DNA of 64,000 nt from Squalus acanthias (taxonomy: Eukaryota). Made by a program: the position numbers and the translations under genes. The notes under the pieces were generated by a model. That model searched no databases and was not told the origin of the DNA. It saw only the letters and a list, made by a program, of their open reading frames with translations. Positions 13,205 to 25,330 of this stretch are shown one piece after another. The DNA is taken from positions 94,490,001 to 94,554,000 of the forward strand of contig CM059431.1 in assembly GCA_030390025.1 (NCBI GenBank), written 5' to 3'. Each line of letters starts with the position of its first letter. Position 1 is the stretch's first letter.

Positions 13205-15630
13205 GTGAGGGGTGATATCGGTTGAAGTGGAAAAGGTCGAAGCAATGGAAGGGGTGAAATTAAATAGACAAGATGTACTAGAAAGGCTGAGTATGCTTAG
13301 AGTGGACAAGTCGCCTGGTCCAGATGGCTTGCATCCCAGGTTGCTAAGGGAATTGGGGGAGGAGATAGCGGAAGGGCTTGCCATAATTTTCCAATCTTCC
13401 CTAGTTGCGGGGCAGGTGCCTGAGGATTGGAAAGTGGCAAATGTGACACCATTGTTCAAGAAAGGGTGTAAGGACAATCCTACTAACTACAGGCTGGTCA
13501 GTTTAACATCAGTGGTGGGTATATTTTAAAAACAATAATCAAGGAAAAAATTAACAGGCACTTGGCGAGGTTTAAGCTCATTAAGGAGAGCCAACATGGG
13601 TTTGTAAAAGGCAGATCATGTTTGACTAATCTAATTGAATTTTTTGATGAAGTAACAGAGAGGATTGATGAAGGGAATGCAATGGATGTTGTCTACATGG
13701 ATTTTCAGAAGGCGTTTGACAAAGTACCACACAGAAGGCTGGTTAACAAAATTGAGGCTCATGGAATAGGTGGGCCAGTGGCAGCTTGGATAAGGAATTG
13801 GCTTAAGGACAGAAAACAGCGAGTTGTGGTAAATGGTTAATTTTCAGACTGGAGGATGGTAGACAGTGGTGTTCCCCAAGGGTCAGTGCTGGGGCCACTG
13901 CTTTTTTGATATATATAAATTACTTGGATATTGGAATACAGAGTAGAATTTCTAAATTTGCCGATGACACCAAACTTGGGGGTGTGGCAAACAGTGATGA
14001 TGATATCAATCAACTGCAACAGGACATAGAAAGGCTAACAGAATGGGCAGAGAAGTGCAGATGGACTTTATTACAGAGAAGTGTGAGGTGATGCATTTTG
14101 GCAGAAGGAACAGGGAGAGGCAATATACATTTAATGGCACAGTTTTAAAGAGTGTGCAGGGACAGAGAGACCTGGGAGTTAATGTGCATAGGTCCCTGAA
14201 GGTGGCAGGACATATTGAGAGAGTGGTTAACAAAGCATATGGGATCTTGGGCTTCATAAATAGAGGTATTGGCCCAGAAATTAAACATCGATGGTTCCCG
14301 CGGGGGTAAGAATTCCCCGCGATATCGCACTTCGCGCCTACCTTTTTGTTTGGGGCCCACACGAACTTTAGCTTCCGAGCCTCTCCCTGTTGCAACCGTG
14401 CAGTGCTTGCATTTCCCAGAGGCGCAATTAGTTCGTGCGAGCTCTGGGATCACGTGATTCAGTTAGCGCCAATGGCAGCACACCATCTTTCATTCATAGT
14501 TTTAACAGCAAGGGCTGTCAAAGCTATGAATACTACAAACCCCCAAAAGAACAGCTAAACCTCAATTAATTTTTTAAAAAACCATCACATTAATAAAATA
14601 AGTATAGTTAAATAAATTAACCACTTTAAACAAAAAATTAAATTTTTGAAAAAATTTAAAATCTTTTTAAAAGTTATAAAAATAAACTTACCTTTCTTTA
14701 AAGTCTCTAAAAAAGATAAACCTGTTGAAATGTATTTTAAATAATTCTTAATTAACTACTTACCTTGTTAAAAGGGGGTCCTACGCCTGCTTTCTTTATG
14801 TGTAAAATCTTCACCACTTACCTGCGCGTTCAAAGCTGAAAAAAAACTAAGTGCACTGCGTGCGACAGCCTGTAGTGCGCATGCAGTTCACTTAAGAACC
14901 GCCCCCTTTGAAATTCACGAAGTGCCGGTTTCCCGCGCATGCGCAGTGCATGCAGGAAACCGGCAATTCGGGAGCTAATACGCGAGAGTACACAATGCGT
15001 ACTCTCGCGTATTAGGTTTAATTTTCGGGCCATTGAGTACAAAAGTAGAGAAGTTATGCTGAACCTTTATAAAGCGCTGGTTGGGCCACAACTGGAGTAT
15101 TGCGTCCAGTTCTGGTCACCACACTTTAGGAAGGATGTGAAGGCCCTTGAGAGGGTGCAGAGGAGATTTACCAGAATGGTTCCGGGGATGGGGGATCTTA
15201 GCTACAAGGACAGGTTGGAGAGGCTGGATTTATTTTCATTACAGCAAAGGAGGTTGAGGGGTGATTTGATAGAGGTGTACAAGATTATGATGGGTTTGGA
15301 TAGGCTAGACGGGGAAAGGCTGTTCCCACTAGTTGATGGTACAAGGACTAGGGGACACCGATTTAAGGTTTTGGGCAAGAGAAACAGGGGGGATGCGAGG
15401 AAAATCTTTTTTACACAGCGAGTGGTGATGACCTGGAATTTGCTGCCGACGGAAGTGGTGGAAGCGGAGACACTCAATGTTTTCAAGGGGAGACTGGATA
15501 GGCACTTGAGGGAAATAAACTTGCAGAGCTACGGGGATAGAGCGGGGGAATGGGACTGACTGGATTGCTCCACAGAGAGCCGGCACGGACTCAATGGGCT
15601 GAATGGCCTCCATCTGTGCCGTTATGACTC
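13205..15630 (+). mobile_element. 5'-truncated CR1 LINE (RT half) interrupted by a MITE
   Basis: ORFs 13212..13529, 13562..13840, 13906..14091 and 14939..15559 carry CR1 RT motifs (SPGPDGLHP, DFQKAFDKV, KFADDTK). Confidence 0.92.
14271..15031. mobile_element. Harbinger-type MITE (761 bp)
   Basis: TIRs GGCCCAGAAATTAAAC / GTTTAATTTTCGGGCC; TSD ATT; removing it restores the CR1 codons RG-I-EY. Confidence 0.9.
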
Positions 15631-15869
15631 CAAAAAAAACTTGTTTAGGGGGTGGGAGAAAGCCTTAACCCATGAGGGTGAGCCCTGTCTGTTCTATGCG
15701 AGCTCTGTTCTGTCTGGAGTCAGGCAGTCAGAATGGCTCGAATTACACTTTGCAAAGTAATTGATTACTTAGGCAGGCAAGATCTAATTACACATTCCAG
15801 TGAAACTTCTCGGTGTGTCTTGTCCTTCAAGGGGACCAATCAGAAATCTGGTGTTGGAAATAAACGTGA

Positions 15870-16660
15870 CCTTTAAAAAATGCTCTGATCTATCTTTCTT
15901 AGGTTCAAAGTGAATGACCTCAAACTTCCTTACATTGAACTCCATCTGCCACAGTTTTGCCCACTCACTTAATCTTTCAATGTCCCATTGCAGCTTTCTG
16001 CTCCCATCTACATTATTTACTGTGCCACCTAACTTAGAGTCATCAGCAAACTTAGATATACAGCTCTCTATTTCTTCATCCAAGTCATTTATAAATCTTG
16101 TGAAAAGCTGAGGCCCAAGTACAGATCCCTCGGGGAACACCATTAGTCACATCCTGCCAATTTGAGTACATACCCATTATCCCTACTCTCTGTCTCCTAC
16201 CTCCCAATCAATTCCCTATCCAAGCAAATAAGTTGCCTCCAATGCAGCTCTTATCACTTTTTTGTATCCCTTTGCTGTTATTTATATCTCTCCCAGTCTG
16301 CGGGATCTATACTGTTCTTTGCTTTCGTATAAGCCCTTTCTTTTAGCTTGATACTATCTCGCACTTCCCTTGTTCACCAAGGTTGTTTAATCACACACGT
16401 AGAGCTCTTGCCCTTTCAGTCTTGTATTCTACCAATTACTTTTTTTGAACACCTCCGACTGTTCATCCATAGTTTTATCCATTAATAGTTCTGCCTAGTC
16501 GATTGTGGTCCATTCCTGCCTGATCCCTCCAATATCAGCCTTTCTTAAATTTACGCTTTGCTTTCCCTAACCTAATATCAAATTCTTTCATATTATGGTC
16601 ACTATTAGTTGGTGTTCCCTTACCATTAGATTATTTACTCATTCATAGACATTACTCAGC
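15870..16660 (-). mobile_element. Degenerate CR1 ORF2 fragments
   Basis: ORF 15784..16143 GSVLGPQLF..KFADDSK. Confidence 0.8.
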
Positions 16661-16665
16661 ACTAA

Positions 16666-17035
16666 GGGGGGGAAATTCAGTTGGTTGCGCCTCCCGTTAG
16701 CGTCTTAAGAGGGCGCTAATGGGGCACAAAGCAACAAGCGCCCGGGCGCGGCGATGTTTGCGCTGCTCGCGAAATTAACTAGACATTTTGCGGCGGTGCT
16801 AAACAGTACCAACACGATCTCCTGCGCTGGCAGATCGTGACATCAGTCGAGTGCGCAACGCCCCGGTAGCGCCCCTGAGCGGATATTGAGTGGCGCCCCC
16901 TGCCCTACCGCCTGCCGCTAGCAACAACAGGTTGAGGGGAGCATTTTGCAGTCAGGAAGGGACTGGGGGAGCGCTATTTAAAGGCGACCGCTTCCTGCCT
17001 TTTTTTGTTGGTGACATTTTTGAACCACGCATTCT

Positions 17036-17066
<31 letters not shown>

Positions 17067-17567
17067 CTGGAGAGATTCAACGCTGTGTGAAGGAGTTTTG
17101 GGTACTGAGCAGCACTTTGCAGGTTCATTTTGATTTGCACTTCCTTGTATCGATTTAGAAGAGACTGTGGGGGCTGCACTCTGAGCTCTTTCCCTGGACT
17201 CTCCATTGTTCTTTCCAGCAGATTTGATGTGCAGGTCTCTCCAGGCCGAGATTCAAGGCTGCAATGAGCAGGATGTGGATGGAAAGCAAGATTAACCCTC
17301 CCCTTTAAGAACTGGCCGGGGCCATTGTGTCTGTGTTCCATTGCTGACTGACATCACATGAGCTTCGCCAGCGCTCTGAGTTAGCGCCTCGCTCCTCGGC
17401 CTTTGCGCCTTAAGACAGATGTGTAGCGCCTGATTTAGCGCTCCAATCACCTCCAGGGGCGATAAAAGTCAAGTTTGGAGTCGGAGGCGATAATTAGCGC
17501 CAGGCGCTAATCTTTGCGCCCGGCCGATAATTGCGCCCCAAACGGGGCAATGCTGAATTTTTCCCCC
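16666..17567 (-). mobile_element. Non-autonomous PIF/Harbinger-type element, copy 2
   Basis: TIRs GGGGGGGAAATTCAG / CTGAATTTTTCCCCC; canonical PIF/Harbinger TSD TAA on both sides; inverted homolog of 5366-6256. Confidence 0.88.
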
Positions 17568-18205
17568 TAAATCTAATATGGCCTATTCTCTTTTTGGTTC
17601 AAAAACATATTTTTCCAGAAAACTGTCACAAATACACTCAAAAAATTTGCGGCCTTTGGAACGCAAGCGAACATCCCCATTTCTGACCTTATGTTGGAGG
17701 GAAGGTCATTAATGAAGCAGCTGAAGATGGTTGGGCCTAGGACACTGCCCTGAGGAACTCCTGCAGCTATGTACTGGGGCTGTGATGATTGACCTTCAAC
17801 CACCACAACCATCTTCCTTTGTGCTAGGTATGTCTCCAGCCAGTGGAGCGTTTTCCCCCCGATTCCCATTGACTTCAGTTTTACTAGGGCTCCTTGATGC
17901 CACACTTAGTCAAATGCTGCCTTGATGTCAAGGGCAGTCACTCACACCTCACCTCTGGAATTCAGCTCTTTGTCCACGTTTGGACCAAGGCTGTAATGAG
18001 GTCGGGAGCCGAGTGGTCTTGGCAGATCCCAAACTGGGCATCCATGAGCAGGTTATTGGTGAGTAAGTGCCGCTTGATAGCACTTTCGATGACACCTTCC
18101 ATCACTTTGCTGATGATTGAGAGTAGACTGATGGGGCGGTAATTGGCTGGGTTGGATTTGTCCTAGTTTTTATGGACAGGACATACCTGGGCAGTTTTCC
18201 ACATT

Positions 18206-21200
18206 CATAGAATCATAGAATCATAGAAGATAGGAGCAGGAGTAGGCCATTCGGCCCCTCGAGCCTGCTCCGCCATTCAATGAGATCATGGCTGATCATC
18301 CAAATTCAGTACCCTGTCCCTGCCTTCTCCCCATATCCCTTGATCCCTTTAGCCTTAAGAAATATATCTAACTCCTTCTTGAATATATTTAATGAGTTGG
18401 CCTCAACTGCCTTCTGTGGTAGAGAAATCAACAGGTTCACCACTCTTTGGGTGAAGAAATTCCTCCTCATCTCTGTCCTAAATGGCTTACCCCTTATCCT
18501 TAGACTGTGACTCCTGGTTCTGGACTCCCCGGCCATCGGGAACATCCTTCCTGCATCTAGGCTGTCTAGTCCTGTTAGAATTTTATAAGTTTCAATGAGA
18601 TCCCCTCTCATTCTTCTAAACTCCAGCGAGTATAAGCCCAATCGACCCAATCTCTCCTCATACGTCATTCCTGCCATCCCAGGTATCAGTCTGGTGAATC
18701 TTCACTGCACTCCCTCCATGGCAAGAACATCCTTCCTCAGATAAGGTGACCAAAACTGCACACAATACTCAAGATGTGGTCTTAGCAAGGCTCTGTACAA
18801 CTGCAGCAAGACAACCTTGTTCCTGTACTCGAACCCTCTCGCTACGAAGGCCAACATACCATTTGCCTTCTTAACCGCCTGCTGCACCTGCATGCTTACC
18901 TTCAGCGACTGGTGCACAAGGACACCCAGGTCTCATTGCATTTCCCCTTCTCCCAATCTATTGCCGTTCAGATAATAATCTGCCTTCCTGTTTTGCCACC
19001 AAAGTGGATAACCTCGCATTTATCCACATTGTACTGCATTTGCCATGCATCTGCTCAATCACCCAACCTATCCAAATCATACTGGAGTTTCTCGGCGTCC
19101 TCCTCACAGCACACACGCCCACCCGGCTTTGTGTCGTCTGCAAACTTGGAGATATTACATCTAGTTCCCTCGTCTAGATCATTAATATATATTGTGAATA
19201 GCTGGGGTCCTAGGACCAATCCCTGCGGTACCCCACTAGTCACTGCCAGCCACTCGGAAAAAGACCCGTTTATTCCAACTCTTTGCTGCCTGTCTGCCAA
19301 CCAGTTCTCTATCCAAGTCAGTACCTTACCCCCAATCACATGTGCCTTAACTTTACATGCTAATCTCTTACGCGGGACCTTATCGAAAGCATTCTGAAAG
19401 TCCAAATACACCACATCCACTGGTTCTCCCTTATCTATTTTCCCAGTTACATCCTCAAAAAATTCCAGTAGATTAGTCAAGCACGATTTACCTTTTGTAA
19501 ATCCATGTTGACTTTGACCGATCCTGTCGCAGTTTTCCAAGTGCATCTATTACATCTTTTACAATGGACTCTAGCATTTTCCCCACTACCGATGTCAGGC
19601 TTACCGGTCTATAATTCCCTGTTTTCTCTCTACCACCTTTTTTGAATAGTGGGGTAACATTAGCTACCCTCCAATCCATGGGAACTGTACCAGAGTCTAT
19701 ACAATTTTGGAAGATGACCAGTAATGCATCTATTATTTCTAGGGCCACTTCCTTAAGTACCCTAGGATGTAGATTATCAGGCCCTGGGGATTTATCGGCC
19801 TTCAATCCCATCAATGTCCCTAACACCATTTCCCTACAAATACTGATTTCTTTCAGTTCCTCCCTCTCATTAGACCCTATGTTCCCCGACATCTCTGGGA
19901 GGTTATTTGTGTCCTCCTTTGTGAAGATAGAACCAATGTATGTATTTAATTGGGCTGCCATTTCTTTGTTCCCCATTATAAATTCCCCTGATTCTGACTG
20001 CAAGGGACCTACGCTTGACTTCACCAATCTTTTTCTCTTCACATATCTATAGAAGCTTTTACAGTCAGTTTTTATGTTCCCTGCGAGTTTACTCTCATAC
20101 TCAATTTTCCCCCTCTTAATTAATCCCTTTGTCCTCCTTTGCTGAATCCTAAAGTGCTCCGAATCCTCAGGTTTGCTGCTTTTTCTGGCCAATTTATATG
20201 TCCTCTCCTTGGATCTTATGCTATCCCTAATTTCCCTTGTTAGCCACGGTTGATTCACATTTTTTGTTTTATTTTTATGCCAAACAGGGATGAACAAAAT
20301 TCTGTAGTTCATCCATGCGATCTTTAAATGTTTGCCATTGCCTATCCACCATCAACCCTTTGAGTAAAATTCCCCAATCAATCCTACCCAATTTGCGCCT
20401 CATACCATCGTAATTTCCTTTATTTAAATTCAGGACCCTAGTCTCTGAGTCAAATAATTCACTCTCCATCTTAATGAAGAATTCTATGATATTATGATCG
20501 TTCCGCCTGTGGAAGTGTATGTTTTCTTGGACACAAAATGGCTTCCTAGACACAGAAAGAGTGATACAAAATGGCCGACTCTGACTTGTTTGGGTAAAGA
20601 TAAAGTTGTTTATGACTTCTCATGGAGATGAATTTAAACTTTGCAGACTATGTTGTTTTCATAGTCTGCTAGTACAGAACAAAAAGGCTTCTTCTAATCA
20701 ACTTGAGATAACCAAGGACTAGTGAAGTAAACATCCAGATGCCTTGGCCTTGGTGGGAGAAGAAGAACAGACAGACAGACTCCATGACTGTAGAGATTAG
20801 CTAGTCTCATCGTAAGGCATTTCTATTTTTTTAACTTTTAACTTAGCTTACTTTAAACAACATGTCATGTGATATGGAAAGCTTGTATTTTCAGTGTATA
20901 AAGATGTTCCATTTTCTGTGATTCTTCAGAATGTCATGTAACCGTTGACTACATGCAGTCTCCTTGCGTGCAAGTAAATAATAAAGCCTGTCTTTTACGA
21001 TATTTTATGTTTCAAGAGTCTTACTCGGAAGTCGAAACTTCGACACGCCCCAAGGGGCCTCGCACAACAAGATTGCTAATTATTCCTTTCTCATTACATA
21101 ATACCCTGTCTAAGATGGCCTGAGCTCTAGTTGGTTCCTCGACATATTGGTCCAGGAAACCATCCCGAATACACTCCAGGAATTCCTCCTCCACAGTATT

Positions 21201-23151
21201 GTTACTAATTTGGTTAGCCCAATCTATATGTAGATTAAAGTCACCCATGACAACTGCAGTGCCCTTATTGCACGCCTCTCTAATTTCCCATTTAATGCCA
21301 TCCCCAAACTCCGCATTACTGTTTGAGGGTCTGTATGCAACTCCCACTAACGTTTTCTGTCCCTTGGTATTTCTTAGCTCTACCCATACAGATTCTACAT
21401 CATCAGAGCTGATTTCCTTCCTTACAATTGTTTTAATCTCCTCTTTAACCAGCAATGCTTCCCCGCCTCCTTTTCCTTTTTGCCTGTCTTTCCTGAATAT
21501 TGAATACCCCTGGATGTTGAGTTCCCAGCCCTGGTCACCCTGGAGCCATGTTTCCGTAATCCCAATCATATCATATCCGTTTACATCTATTTGCACCGCT
21601 AATTCATCCACCTTATTACGAATGCTCCTCGCATTAAGACATAAAGCCTTCAAGCTTGTTTTTTTAACACTCTTAGACCTTTTAGAATTATTATTTACTG
21701 TGGCCATGTTTGATTTAAACCCTTGATTTCTCTGACTGCCACTTTTGCTTTTCTCCTTCCTGTCGTTTGCTTCTATCCTTGTTTCCCTTTCCTCTGTCTC
21801 CCTGCACAGGTTCCCAACCCCCTGCCATTTTAGTTTAAACCCTCCCCAACAGCACTAGCAAACACTCCCCCGAGGACATCGGTCCCGGTCCTGCCCAGGT
21901 GCAAACCGTCCAGTTTGTACTGGTCCCACCTCCCCCAGAACTGGTTCCAATGTCCCAGGAATTTGAATCCCTCCCCCTTGCACCATTCCTCTAGCCACAT
22001 ATTCAGCTGAAATATCCTTCTATTTCTACTCTGACTAGCATGTGGCATTGGTAGCAATCCTGAGATTACTACCTTTGAGGTCCTATTCTTTAATTTACCT
22101 CCTAACTCCATATATTCAGCTTTTAGGACCTCATCCCATTTTTTACCTATATCGTTGGTACCTATATGCACCACGACAACTGGCTGTTCACCCTTCCGCT
22201 CCAAAATGCTCTGTAGCCGCTCTGAGACATCCTTGACCCTTGCACCATGGAGGCAACATACCATCCTGGAGTCTCGTTTGCAGCCGCAGAAACGCCTATC
22301 TATTCCCCTTACAATAGAATCCCCTATCACTATAGCTCTCCCACTCTTTTTCTTCCCGTCTTGTGCAGCAGAACCACCCATGGTGCCAGGAAGTTGGGTG
22401 CTGCTGCCTTCCCCCGATAAGCCATCTCCCTCAACAATATCCAAAGCGGTATATCTGTTTGAGAGGGGGATGGCCACAGGGGACCCCTGCACTACCTGCC
22501 TGCGCCTACTACTCTGCCTGGTGGTCACCCATTCCCTCCCTGCCTGTGCAGCCTTTACCTGCGGTGTGACCACCTCCCTAAACTTGCTATCCACGAGGTC
22601 CTCAGCATTGCGAATGCTCCAGTATGTATCCATTCACAGCTCCAGCGCCGCAATGCGGTCTGTCAGTAGCTGCAGCTGGATACTTCCTGCACACACGGTC
22701 GTCAGGGACACAGGAAGTGTCCCCGATTTCCCACATAGTGCAGGAGGAGCATATCACGGCGCCGAGCTGTGCTGCCATGACTTACCCTTTAACTAATTCA
22801 AATTAAGTTAAATCAAATCAATCCCACCAATTACACTACAATTAAATGTTATACTCAAGGGCGCTTGTTTAACAGCACTCCCCGTTACACAACAGAGACC
22901 CTAGAAACTAGAAACCACAAAATTTAAGTTTGGAAAAAACGAGAAAGAAAGAAATACTCACCAACCAATCACTTACCTGCTTTCTGGTGACGTCACACTT
23001 CGATTACTTTTTACTTCTATCTCCCACTCTCGGAGCTTAAGTTGGTAAGCCTACCTGCACCTCGGGCTCTCCTTTTATCGCCGCCGCCGCCTCGCCACTC
23101 CTCCCAGGTCTGCACTGCCACCGCCTCTATTGCTGCTGTGGGGCCTACCTG
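18206..23151 (-). mobile_element. Full-length CR1 LINE (5'UTR, ORF1 22778-21830, ORF2 about 21707-18306), degenerate
   Basis: ORF1 GDSIVR/HIGTND/DGLHL; APE CLNARSIRNK/GITETWL; RT KFADDTK; (TTCTATGA)n tail; apparent TSD CATT. Confidence 0.95.
20508..21045 (+). mobile_element. Solo LTR (538 bp) inserted in CR1 ORF2
   Basis: TG...CA ends with inverted termini TGTGGAAGT / ACTTCGACA, 4-bp TSD CGCC, TATA-like TATAAA near 20898, AATAAA near 20980. Confidence 0.88.
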
Positions 23152-24752
23152 CATTGTCAGATAAATGCCAGTGTTGTAGCTGTACTGGAATAGCTTGGCT
23201 TGAGGCGTGGCTAGTTCTGGAGCACAAGTCTTCAGCACGACAGCCGGGATGTTGTCGGGGCCCATAGCGTTTGCTGTATCCAGTGCGCTCAGCCGTTTCT
23301 TGATATCACGTGGAGTGAATCGAATTGGCTGAAGACTGGCTTCTGTGATGGTGGGGACCTCAGGAGTAGGCCGATATGGATCATCCACTCGGCACTTCTG
23401 GCTGAAGATGGTTGCAAATGCTTCAGCCTTGTCTTTTGCACTCACGTGCTGGGCTCCACCACCATTGAGGATGGGGATATTCTTGGAGTCTCCACCTCCC
23501 GTTAGTCGTTTAATGATCCACCACCATTCACGACTGGATGTGGCAGGACTGCAGAGCTTTGATCTGATCCGTTGATTGTGGGATCGCTTAGCCCTGTCTA
23601 TAGTATGCTGCTTCCACTTTTTAGCATGCATGTAGTCCTATGTTGCAGCTTCCCCAGGTTGGCTCCTCATTTTTAGGTACGCCTGGTGCTGCTCCTGGCA
23701 AGCTCTTCTTGAACCTGATTCCTGATATACATTCCCCTTGTGCGAAACCCTGTGCCAGGATCGTTAATTCATAAAACTGCTCTTCGATAAATAAAATTAT
23801 TTCCAATTTAGAAAAGTGGAAGAATTTGAGCTAATTTTTTCATATAACAGATTTAGATTGAGTTACAGGCACAATGAGCTGATGGCCTCTGTAATTTTAC
23901 TGGGTATATTTTGCAAATTGACATTCCTGTTACCGGAATGCATTGGCGTAATTTGGGCACACTGACTTCTGCACTCAAATTCCTGATCTACATTCCCCTG
24001 TGCCAATTCCACCTTGATAAATAGTGGTCTTAATAAATGTATTTTGAATAAAGAAAAGTGGAACAATTCGAGCTTTTTTTATACCAGATTTAGCCTGGGT
24101 TACACTTACTGGTACATTTAATGTTTTCTAATATTTTTAGCACTGCCATTAGCATCTCGCACCACAGCACAAGGTAACATAACTAACTCAACCAAAAGCA
24201 TCAAAGTTACTGTTTTGTAACACAATTAGATTCCATTCCTTAAATACATATATAATTAACAATCATTCTTTCAACATTACAATTGCTTTTAACTCATCCT
24301 TGTTCATTTAACACTTTCTGTGTATTTTACAATAATTATTTTAGCTGACTTTATTTCTCGTTTTTTGTTTAAAATCTACAAGAGCGCATCACCTTAAACC
24401 TAAAGGGGTATAAATTCATCTTGGACAGTACAGCAGAACAGTCAATCGAAAATAAAATCAGGCAGAGTGCAAAACAGACTGTCGATTCGCTATCACACGT
24501 TTTGTAATAAGTATTGTAGTATTGCCCGAGGCAAATTTATACTCCAGGTGAAGGGAGAGAGAAAACACAGTTTAGATGTGACTACAGAGGTTGGTGAATA
24601 TTTCAAATGGACTCCCAAAGGGCTGATCAAGAGAAGGTTAACTAAGAACCAGGACAGAAATGTGATCAGGGGTATGAAAGGTATCATTAGATATATCTCC
24701 TAGACACTGGGACCAGATACATGTATCGTCGCCATCTTTTCCAGAAAATGTT

Positions 24753-25008
24753 TTTAGTCGTTCACGGGATATGGGCGTCACTGGCAAGGCCAGCATTTAT
24801 TGCCCATCCTTAATTGCCCTTGAGAAGGTGGTGGTGAGCCACCTGCTTGAACCGCTGCAGTCCATGTGGTGAAGGTACTCCCACAGTGCTGTTAGGGAGG
24901 GAGTTCCAGGATTTTGACCCAGCGATGCTGAAGGAACGGCCGATATACTTCCAAGGCAGGATGCTGTGTGACTTGGAGGGGAACTTGGAGGTGGTGGTGT
25001 TCCCATTC
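24753..25008 (-). mobile_element. 3' end of the second LINE family
   Basis: Reverse complement of about 49330-49575. Confidence 0.85.
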
Positions 25009-25154
25009 TGTACATTCCTATGTTCCTACAGTCTTATCTTGTTTCAAATTTATTCTCGCTCCTCCTTGGTATGATCATAACTCACACCTTTCCCAAGTAG
25101 TAAGGGAGCATAAACATATATTTTGGTAAGTGCATTATTCCCAACAACTGTACC

Positions 25155-25330
25155 TACAATCCAATTTTTCAACACACCCTCCTGCAAGTACCATGTTACA
25201 AGCCTGTACAGTGACTTCACAACATTTATGCATGCATTTGTTTCCCTGAGTTAAAACAATTGAAGTAAACACATATTTTGGACACATTTCTCTTATTTTT
25301 AAGAGTCCTTCTTCCACATTGCCAGTGTTC
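25155..25330 (-). other. Candidate host (or pseudogene) coding exon, product unidentified
   Basis: Acceptor CTCTTACAG, open frame NTGNVEEGLLKIREMCPKYVFTSIVLTQ..., donor AG/GTACAG; lies in non-repetitive sequence. Confidence 0.3.

Larger units (their letters stand above)
17660..23710 (-). mobile_element. Second CR1-clade LINE family fragment (17660-18205 and 23152-23710), split by a full-length CR1
   Basis: VWHQGALVKLKSMGI, GVPQGSVLGP, AMGPDNIPAVVLK; same family as 48290-49585. Confidence 0.8.
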
